The notes under the pieces are model-generated. The model did no database searches. It was not told the origin of the DNA and saw only the letters and a list, made by a program, of their open reading frames with translations. Shown in pieces: positions 53,787 through 64,000 of a stretch of 64,000 bases of DNA (positions within the stretch are counted from its first letter, which is position 1; each line of letters starts with the position of its first letter). Source of the stretch: Octopus vulgaris (Eukaryota); contig OX597815.1 of NCBI GenBank assembly GCA_951406725.2, positions 22,134,001 through 22,198,000 of the forward strand, read 5' to 3'. The position numbers and the translations under genes were made by a program.

Positions 53787-54415
53787 ATAGAGGGCATTAT
53801 TACACATAAATGCCTCACACTAGGAGGGACAAAGTCATTACTACCAAAATTATACTAATCATACCCAAATGCAGTTTTTCAAAGCAAGACATTTAAAAAA
53901 ATGAATTTAGTTCTGTATCACCGTGATTTCACATTCAACTTACGTCTAATGATCGTCAGCAGAACTGATTCTGAACACATCATAAATAAACTACCAACCT
54001 TACGTAGCGAAGACGAACAGACAACTGCTCACTCCGGCCAAGCACATGGAATGTTTATAAATCATATATCCGGTAAATGGCGGGCTTTTTACGAACTGCA
54101 TGTCGGGTAATGAAAAGTATTTCGGAATAAGTTTAACAATTAAGGATAATCTCTTAATAAGGGATCTTAACAAGAAATTATCGGGTAGCTAGCGTGAAAA
54201 CCTCATAAAAGAAAAGAATCCGAAAATAATATTTTTCTTTTGAACAAATTAATTATATCTATATTGTATAGAGGGCATTATTACACATAAATGCCTCACA
54301 CTAGGAGGGACAAAGTCATTACTACCAAAATTATACTAATCATACCCAAATGCAGTTTTTCAAAGCAAGACATTTAAAAAAATGAATTTAGTTCTGTATC
54401 ACCGTGATTTCACAT
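53781..54415 (-). mobile_element. Non-coding hammerhead-containing element (retrozyme or non-autonomous Penelope-like), 481-bp period with 154-bp terminal direct repeats
   Basis: 53781-53934 is repeated at 54262-54415; hammerhead overlaps the repeat end; flanked by TA-rich microsatellites. Confidence 0.78.
53909..53966 (-). ncRNA. Type I hammerhead ribozyme
   Basis: Minus strand AGUUCUG-CUGACGA-UCAUUAGAC(GUAA)GUUGAAUGU-GAAA-UCAC(G)GUGA-UA^CAGAACU: 7-bp stem I, intact core, GNRA-capped stem II, palindromic stem III. Confidence 0.82.
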
Positions 54416-54455
54416 ATCTATCTATCTATATATCTATATATATATATATAGATAT

Positions 54456-54490
<35 letters not shown>

Positions 54491-54509
54491 TATATAGATA
54501 GATAGATAA

Positions 54510-54568
<59 letters not shown>

Positions 54569-54623
54569 TGTACATACATATGTACATATATATATATACA
54601 TATGTACATACGTATATATATTA

Positions 54624-54675
<52 letters not shown>

Positions 54676-55849
54676 TAAATGCATGTATGTGTGTATGTAT
54701 GTATGTATGTATGTATGTATGTATGTATGTTGATAGGTAGTAGGTAATTCCGATCCAAAATTTGAAACACCTGCAAAATTCCTAACTTTTTCAAGATATT
54801 GGAAAATTGAGTCAGTAGATTTCAAAATACCTTGCTGTAATTTATCAATTAATAAGGACATGTGGTTTTTGCGGAAATATGAAAATGTGATTAGTTTCTA
54901 TTTCGATTCCGTATTTCCATTTTTGATCTAATCAATTTTGATTTTGCATTTCGGTATTTTTCGATTAACCATTTTATTAATTTGTTTTTTTTAATGCAAT
55001 TAGAATAGTAAAATATTTCCTGCTATTTTGAGTTCGAGGGTCCTCTTGAAGGCAGTTGTACCTAAATTGTGAGAGAAACTTTTTTTGGTTTATGTTAATA
55101 TACTAAATATCGTTGCTTTGATAGAATCGAATAATTTTTTATTTCAAAATTTGGAAAAGCTTTTGTTGTCAACCGATCTTTATGAACCCAAACTTTAAAC
55201 CATGATTTTCATGATCCCACGCATCCCATTCTATCTTACTCCCCCTCCCTCCCTCCCTCCCTCTTCTCTCTCAAATACTCACGCTGTAGTTCTGTGAGTA
55301 TTTTCACTCTATCTATGTTATACATATATGTTTTGTTTTACATATGTGAAATCTGACTATCCTTCCGATCGGTTCAAGAATCAACGAGAATTCTTCTATT
55401 CTGTTTTACTCCTTACCTTTCAGGTTATTTTAAGTTAAATTTCTAAATGTCTTTCTTTCGGAATCTCGTAAATACAGGCATTGATATTCTCTTGAAGATG
55501 TCTAGCTCTCTTTCGTCTTTTATGCAACCAAAATTTCCAACTTCAAAATGTCCAAATGGTCTATTCCCAGCTATGTCGCAGGTCTGTTCACAGCTATGTT
55601 GCTAGCAATATCTACAAACAAAAGTCAAAGTCTACAATCACTAACTGTTATTCACCTAACATGGCCATATCGTAAAGAAAGAGGTGATTACAAGCATTAG
55701 GCTACCTACAAACACTTTTGCGTCCAAAATTGTAGCTGGACCATATGATTGCTTCTCTAAACGACCTTTATCCACTCTGCAGTCTTTTTACCTGTAGTCC
55801 CCCAGCTAAGATAATTTTGCACGTAGTATTCTCCCCCCCCCCTTTTCAA

Positions 55850-56080
55850 GGCGACGAGCTGGCAGAAACGTTAGCACGTCGGGCAAAATGCTCAGTTGTA
55901 TTTCGTCTGCAGTTACGTTCTGAGTTCAAATTCCGCCGAGGTCGACTTTGCCTTTCATCCTTTCGGGGTCGATAAATTAAGTACCAGTTACGCACTGGGG
56001 TCGATGTAATCGACTTAATACCTATGTCTGTCCTTGTTTGTCCCCTCTATGTTTAGCCCCTTGTGGGTAATAAAGAAATA
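55850..56080 (+). mobile_element. SINE family A monomer
   Basis: Full head, centre and tail; imperfect TSD agtattctcccc/agtattcttccc. Confidence 0.92.
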
Positions 56081-57158
56081 AGTATTCTTCCCTCTTTATC
56101 TCATCAGTATGTTCAAAGACATTTCTGTTCATCCCACGATGACCGATTCTGAAAGTATTCCTTCAATTTCCATTAAACAGTACATTTTATAATGAGCTTG
56201 CGTCGCTCTTAAACTCTGCGACGTTTTACTCTTCATGGCAATGTATTCTGATATAGCAGATTCAGTATCTCTGTCATCCGAGTCATCATCGTTCTGCTGA
56301 AAACTTTAGTGGAAGTTGTGTTATTGTCCTCACCAAATACTTCAACCCTGTCACAGAAGAGAATTTCTGAGAAACGTTTCCAGGGTATAATTTTCATTCA
56401 GTTCCGGTGTTTTGAGTTAGAATATTCTTGTTAGACATCTCATTACGGCGTTCAACCCCAAAACTCAACCTTCTTTCTTTCACGCCACACGCGAGTGCAC
56501 GCGAGCACTCACAGAGTCTCTCTCTATTTCTCCCTTACCCGCTCTCTTTCTTTCTTTCTTTCTCTCTCTCTCTCTCTTTCTGTCTATCGATCTATCTCTA
56601 CCTTTTCTCTATGTCTTCTCTACCCTCCATATTATATTAATCCTTGTGGGTTTCAATGTTCCTTCTGCAAGTTTGTCACCTCACACACTACCATACAGTT
56701 TCTACCTCCCTTCATTTCTTTAACACCCTTTGCACGTAGATCTCATTTACACACACTCTAGAGAAATTACACTGTATTCCACCCCCCTCATTTCTATGAA
56801 CAGAGACCCCAGAACAACGTAGATTCGACAGTACAATGAAATACTTTATACACACCAAGGAAATATTATTGTACTACATCTTATAAACATATAAACAAAA
56901 ACAGGCAGAGCTAATACTACCAAATTCACATCAAATGTTCGGCCTCGAAGTTTGTAACGATTTGTGATTGTGGCCTTATATATAATATATTTTCATTTAC
57001 ATCTCTACAACTAGGTTTCCTCTTCATGGCTAGAAAATATTTTAACCGTCTACAAATCCCTACTAAAACCTACATTATTGTTCCCATATTAGCGGCGCTG
57101 CTTCAGTTACACGCGCAAAAATCTTAGAACATATCCACCGCATAATATCTTGATAATT

Positions 57159-57565
57159 CTTTTACTCTTTCACTTGTTTCTGTCATTTGACTGCGGCCAT
57201 GTTCGAGCACCGCCTTTAGTCGAGCAAATCGACCCCAGGACTCATTCTTTGTAAGCATAGTACTTATTCTATCGGTCTCTTTTGCCGAACCACTAAGTTA
57301 CAGGGGACGTAAACACACCACCATCGATTGTCAAGCGATGTTGGGGTGACAAACACAGACACACAAACATATACGCGCACACACACACATACACACACAC
57401 ACACACACACACATATACAACGGGATTCTTTAAGTTTCCGTCTACCAAATCCATTCACAAGGCTTTGGTCGGCCCGAGGCTATAGTAGAAGACACTTGCC
57501 CAAGGTGCCACGCAGTAGGAATGAACCCGGAACCATGTGGTTGGTAAGCAAGCTACTTACCACTC
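57159..57565 (-). mobile_element. SINE family C
   Basis: Similarity to 13342-13751. Confidence 0.9.
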
Positions 57566-58229
57566 TTGCACTTATACACAGCCTCTTTTTCTTCCACCAC
57601 TTTTATGACTTCCAGATATCTAAAGTAACAAGCTTAGCATCTGCAACCGCTTATGCCCACTAGATGCGTCTTATTTTCTCCTATCACTGTCCGTATGGTG
57701 TCTCACATGCCACATCACAAATTAACTGGTGTTGGAGGAATTGCAAAGGTCATAAGCGCCGCCCTTCTTCCAACGAGTAAATAATGAAACGAAAACAAAT
57801 GAGAAAATGCGTAGAATATTTGGAAGACACTATGATGTAGCCAGTTAAATGCATAATTTACACGAAGTTTATTATAAAGTAAGATTTGTCTGTTGGCCGA
57901 AAAGAACTGATGATAAAAATAATTCTTGTGATAGGAGAATATTACAGATAATTTAAATTTACAGCTATGATAAATCCGTTTATAATCACAACTCAAAACA
58001 TAAGTTGACGAATATAGAATTTGCTTACACAAATGCTAATATCAAATGCAGGAATGGCGATATTCTTCTATATTATGGCAGCACGATAAATGTTGACGCG
58101 ACTGAAATTATTAGCAGATGCAACCAAAAAAAAAAAAAAAACGAAGAAAATCAATAAGATGGAGTCGTTTAAAAAAGTCAACAATCTTTTCGATGCGTTG
58201 AGTCACCATATACACAGCAAAGTGAGTCA

Positions 58230-58286
<57 letters not shown>

Positions 58287-58347
58287 CATATACATATATA
58301 TATATACATATATATACATACATATACATATATATACATATATATAC

Positions 58348-58395
<48 letters not shown>

Positions 58396-58517
58396 CATAC
58401 ATACATACATACATACATACATGCATATATATATTTGTATATATGTATATGTATACGTATACATATGTATTTATACATATATACACATATGATTGTATGC
58501 TTGTATGTATGAATGTG

Positions 58518-58562
<45 letters not shown>

Positions 58563-61052
58563 AACCGTGAACTGAAATACCGAAAACTAAACTGATGTGG
58601 TGACATATCTGCGTTGTAATTAAATATACATATATTTTGCTTTACTTAGTAAACAGTAATAGAAGATTTCAACGGTCAAATCTAGCTAGTGGTTATAAAT
58701 TACATCGTCTATTTAGTTTTCTATTTTCGTATGACCTCTTGCTCCATCAAATCATAAGCCAATATGGTTATAATTATTTTGTCTTTGTAAACATATACGC
58801 TTAAGTAGTGAGAATTTTCTGTACAGGGACACAGCAGAAAACTACTGCACTATAGCAGTTTTTGACCAATGAAAAGTACCACATTAAAGACCTGAATTTG
58901 TATATAACATTTGGTGTCGTTACGTTATTATAATTTAACCCCAGGCTGATTATAGATATGTTCTCACTGAGCAAACCTAATCAAAGGCGTTTAGACTACA
59001 GCTATTCTCTCTGCCTGTCTGATTCTTTTTTAAAGACAGTGAGGGAAATTCGAGGGCAACTTAGCTTCTATTTCTATCAGGCGGAGCAAACATGCAGAAG
59101 CACTTATTGCTAACCCCAAAATATAATGCAACAGAGTCAGGACATCGACACTTTATCGATAAAATCATTTTCTGATTCTCTATATTAAATGCAAGACGGA
59201 AGATTGGGCTTCTATATCATATAATCAAACACATTTATTGAATCCTGTATTCAGCTGGCCATTAAAAATCAAGAAATTTTTATAAGACACTAAGGCAGTG
59301 AAGACCCGAGATTATAATAGTTATGCAAACATTCATTTCTAAATAATATAATGAAACAGTTATGGTTAAATCGATATTTTTTGTGTGTGTAGTTTATTTT
59401 ATCACAAAATATCTAGAGGCTGGTGGCTTCGACTGCACTTACAGCAGAATATCAAGAAAATAAAATTCTAAACTTTTATACTGAAGACATTTTCTGTGTA
59501 CCTTGTGTGTTTATTTGATGAATCGATAGAAATCAGTCGAATAACAGAATGAAAATAAATATCAAATTGCAATTCGCATAATTCTTCAAACACTTGTTCA
59601 TTCTTATATATTTAATTAGGTGTAACATCTTTAACTTTACAAGTGTAAGCAGTTAATTTTTGGAAACAAATTCCACTTCCCTGGTGACTATAAAGCAGTA
59701 AAACCAAAGTCAGCGACCAGACACACAACTCTTCAATCAGGAACCCGATTCCATGATTTCCTCAATTGTTGCATTTCCTCGTAATTTACATGAACTCGAG
59801 GAAAGTCAAGTCATCATAAGTTTATTAATCCATATGTAAAATGGCAAAAATGACCAAGAAGAATTCAAGGAGTTGAACATAACCCCAGACTCTTATATTT
59901 TGTTCAATTCTGACAAAGACATCCAGCGTTGTAGATAACATAGTATGCTTGGGAAAATGTATTAAAATTCATAGAAAAAAGTCTAATTGCTATCTACAAG
60001 TTGTTACTACATGGTCACTCGATCTGCTAGAATTAGCAGCCAAATCTTCAGCCGCAGCCTACCATCTTTTAAAAAAAAAGACACGTTCTTTTTGAACGTG
60101 TCGTGTTTTTTTTTTAGTCCTGAGTTCCCTGCAAAAAGGAACTACATGAAACGCTTGAAATGCATTCGATCATAGATCTGCTGGTTCAGAGCTGACACGA
60201 ACTAAACTGCAGCAGCAACAGCAGCGACGACGACGACAACGACGACGACGACAACAACAACAACAGTTGTGCTATCATGCTTATTTTATAATCACTACAA
60301 GATAGTGTTGACAAACGTCGAAAAGATTAATGTCATCTCCAAAGACGGTAAAAGGAAAAGTGAATTCCGTTGAGCAGATCTGGCATAAAAGTAACTAGTA
60401 AAAGACGTGTGTCTTAGTCCCTACAGGTTTTCGGTCCTCGTATAAATCAAACATTTGGTTTAAATATGAAAGACTTACATACATGTATACCTGGACTTAC
60501 AAAGATAAACACACACACTTGCACGTACACATACACTCTTACATGCATAAACACACACGCACACACACGCATACGCACGCACACACACACATACATATAC
60601 AGAAAATTAATGTATCTGCTCCGGTACGACAAGAAGTATCTCAACTAAATTGCCTCGTCATTTAAAATACGGAACAAGTGGTTGAGTGTTTCACATAATT
60701 TATACACCTAATGCCAACCATTCGATGTGCTTCCACAAAGTTTCTGTTTACCCAATTTTACTCACAAAGCTGGAATCGAACCGAAGCTATGGTTAAAATT
60801 AGAGATCCAAGACAGAATGCCTCACGATTGGGAAGCGAACGTCTAAATTACTGAGCCATCCCTGCACGTTTACACAAACATACCAATAGGCATATACATC
60901 GCCTTCTCTACAAAGGTAAAAGCAAAGTAGGCAGCTTTTAATTGTGGCTAGTTGTATCTGATCGATAGTGTTTATCTACAAGGTTAGACAGACGAAATAC
61001 AGCTACGCATTTCGCCTGGCGTGCTAACGTTTCTGTCAGCTCGCCGCCTTTC

Positions 61053-61285
61053 CCAGATCTCAATATAATTGAACATTTATGGTACATTTTAGAAAAACAA
61101 GTAAGGAGTCGATATCCTCCACCACCATCACTACAAGAACTGGAGACTGTTTTAACTGAAATATGGACATAAATTCCATACCTCGTATAATTCAAGCTGT
61201 AATTATTGCCAAAGGCGGTCCTACCCCATATTAAACTAAATTTGTTTGAAATTTCAAGGTGTTTCCATTTTTTGTTCAACCCCTG
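61053..61285 (+). mobile_element. Tc1-like transposase C-terminus plus right TIR
   Basis: PDLNIIEHLWYILEKQVRSR.PPPPSLQELETVLTEIW...AVIIAKGGPTPY*; ends aacccctg|TA; preceded by a family A SINE head on the minus strand (about 60985-61048). Confidence 0.85.
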
Positions 61286-61528
61286 TATGTATAATAATTA
61301 GAAACAGCTATTTATAGCAATGGGACAGGCTCTGACATTTGAGAGGAAGGAATTAGTAGGTTTAATACACTTCAGTACTTGACAAGTACTTTATTTTATC
61401 GACTCAGAAAACATGAAAGACAAAGTTAACCTTAGCAGTATTTGAACACAGTACAGAATCATAGGTAATACCGCAAGTTATTTGTCCGACGCTCAAGCAA
61501 TTCCATGAATCTGACGTATTGCTTCGGT

Positions 61529-62252
61529 GGAGGTACATGGCCCTATGGTTAGAGCAACGGACTCGCGGTTGAGGGATCGCGAGTTCGAATCTCAGAGCGG
61601 GCGATGTGTGTGTTTATGAGCGAAACACCTAAGCTCCACGCGGCTCTGGTAGAAGGTAAGGGCGAACTTCTGCTGACTCTTTCGCCACAACTTTCGGATC
61701 TTTTCGGTTTGAACGACAGTTTTTTCTAGCGGTGTCATATGAAATTGTCACCCATAATTATGACCCTAGAATCGATCTATTGCATTTCAATCTGTTTTAG
61801 GGTTAGGGGTGGGGGAAGGTTATCTTTTTTTCTTCACAAATGTAAATAAACCCAATCTGTTTCTTAAACGAGGGACATATTCATACGGCACAGAATGCTT
61901 TTTAACACAATAGACGTCACTGATTGGTTGAAATTGCAGAAATTGAAGAAAAAACAACAACAATTATCTTAGAAACTATAGAATTTTCTCAATAAAGGCA
62001 AGAGAAAAAGATGTTTTATAAACACATTCTACCAGTATACGAAGTTTCAAATTTTTTAGTTACCTAGAAATTATGTTAAAAACAGCCGTTCAAACTGAAA
62101 ATATCCCAACTTTCTCTTACTCTTTCCTCCTGCATCTAGCAGCTCACCTGCGAGGGACCGGCTTCCTGTCCAGGTGGAGAACCTATATGCCAATGTAACC
62201 AGGAAACTGGCCCTTATGAGCCAGGCATGACTCGCGAAGGAACAAACAACAA
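61529..62252 (+). mobile_element. SINE (family B-like head, tail type 3) split by a MITE
   Basis: Colinear with 44671-44963 once 61696-62114 is removed. Confidence 0.85.
61696..62106. mobile_element. Second copy of the Merlin-like MITE
   Basis: Same TIRs and body as 50235-50647; perfect 8-bp TSD CAACTTTC at 61688-61695 and 62107-62114. Confidence 0.9.
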
Positions 62253-62299
62253 CGTATTGCTTCAACAAGTAATTTCTGGCCTTCGGCTAGAAATAACAT

Positions 62300-62468
62300 G
62301 TGGATAGGGATTAGTCAATCATATCGAACCCAGTACATGACTGGTACTTAATTTTATTGACCTCCGAGAGATGAAAGGTAAAGTTGACCTTTGCGCGATT
62401 TGAACTCAGAAAGTAGAGTCGGAGGAAATATCCCAATTTTCGACTCTAAAGATTCTACTAACTCACCT
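62300..62468 (-). mobile_element. Diverged SINE family A copy
   Basis: ctggtacttaattttattgacc..gatgaaaggtaaagttgacc..atttgaactcagaa. Confidence 0.7.
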
Positions 62469-62480
62469 CATTTTTTCTCA

Positions 62481-62885
62481 TCATTTTTATATATAAAAGT
62501 GAAGTTGTGTGCTGTCTGTCTCCTACGATTTAGATTCCTAACTACTCCCACATTTTGCGGTGCAGTTTAACCAAAAGCGAGTATCTTATAGTCGTGATTC
62601 ATATCGAGCCCTTCTGGGTATTAGCGCGCGTCTACGATGAGTCTACGATTAAAAAAAAAATTTACCATAATTTTTTTCCATTTTAATGCATTTTTTTCGC
62701 TATTATATAAGGGAAGTAACTCTCTAAAAATGTCTACGATGAGTCAACAATTTAAAAAAAAAATTACCATAATTTTTTTTCCATTTTTAATGCATTTTTT
62801 TGCTATCTTTTGGCTATAACTCTCTAAAAATACTTATATAGTTATTCCCCTTACAAACCCGAGCAACGCCGGGCGATACTGCTAG
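62481..62885 (+). mobile_element. Non-autonomous Helitron (second family)
   Basis: 5' a^tcatttttatatataaaagtgaag; 3' hairpin cccgagcaacgccggg followed by cgatactgCTAG^T; internal tandem duplication of about 100 bp. Confidence 0.78.
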
Positions 62886-63807
62886 TTACAAATAAAAGAT
62901 GACACAAAAATTAAAACAAAACAAAGCAAATAGCAAAGAAAGACAAAAGGCAGAGCAAAACAAACACTCAGGAGGAGAAGTAAATTGATTGTTTAATCTG
63001 GTGAGCAGATGGAGATATCTTTTTCACTTTATATCTTCTTTCTTTTTAATTTTATGGATAACATATGTATTACGGGAACCGACAATAAAGACTTCAAATG
63101 GCTTAATGCTGATCCTACTCGCAATTTTTTACGCAAAGCTATACATATTAATCACACATACATACATCACACACACGCATGTTCACACATACACAAATAT
63201 GTGGAGAGAGTGATAGATAGAGAGATGACTAAAACACTATTTGCTATAAGATTCGGTGAGAGGGAATTAGCAAATGGTGAGGATACTGTTTTTCTTAATG
63301 TTTTAATGAAAGTAATTATTTTTATATGAAAATGAAAAAACAGGCTGCGTAACTATAGTTTTATGGCTCCCGTACAACAGGTATAAGTTTATTAGATTAT
63401 TTTTACATTCAACGGAACATCCAATGCCTACAGCTTGGGAAATGAAAAACTGGATTTTGATATTTTCATGCCTTTTGTACATGTACATGACAGCTTCAAT
63501 AAGAAATGGATAGTGTATTACAGACTCGGTTTCCCCGGATGCCATCCTTTTTGCTTAAGAGCAATCTCCAATACGTTTACCCCAAAACGTACATACACAA
63601 ATATTACAAATATGCTCACACACATACAAACACATTTGTATATTGAACTTGAATAATTACAGGATAATATACAGCACGCTATACTAGCCCGTACGATTAT
63701 ACTGCCGTCTGAGCATCAAACTTATAACACTGACTTTATTAACTAATATATGTGTGTGTGTATGTGTGTGTGCGTGTATGTTTATTAAATAATATATATA
63801 TATATAA

Positions 63808-63891
<84 letters not shown>

Positions 63892-64000
63892 GTATATATA
63901 TATGTAATCTTTAGCATCTGTTTTGTATCCTCCTTTATGGTCAGGCAATATCATACCTTCTTTTAACAATTTGGGGAGTTTCCATTTGCAAGGAAAAATA

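Overview
AT-rich, intron-containing animal DNA with very dense (TA)n/(CA)n/(CATA)n/(TAGA)n microsatellites and several tRNA-derived SINE families. The repeat complement is typical of an octopus (coleoid cephalopod) genome; this taxon call is an inference. The only host gene I can support is the 3' end of a RET receptor tyrosine kinase on the + strand: five exons at 1090-1130, 7072-7168, 11290-11389, 12985-13063 and 16585-16766, spliced by hand with all phases matching. Almost all long ORFs in the supplied track are microsatellite translations. The remainder is a mobile-element patchwork: SINEs (including a 7-unit tandem array), R4/Dong-like, CR1, RTE and Penelope retroelement relics, Chapaev and Tc1 transposase fragments, two non-autonomous Helitrons and two GG..CC MITEs with 8-bp TSDs. 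The strongest hidden signals are (1) a near-canonical type I hammerhead ribozyme inside a non-coding element with a 481-bp repeat period (retrozyme/Penelope-like), plus several degenerate hammerheads, (2) SINE concatemers that share a fixed junction, and (3) possible alternative or extended RET C-termini. Repeat boundaries were read by eye and are approximate unless a TSD or TIR is quoted.
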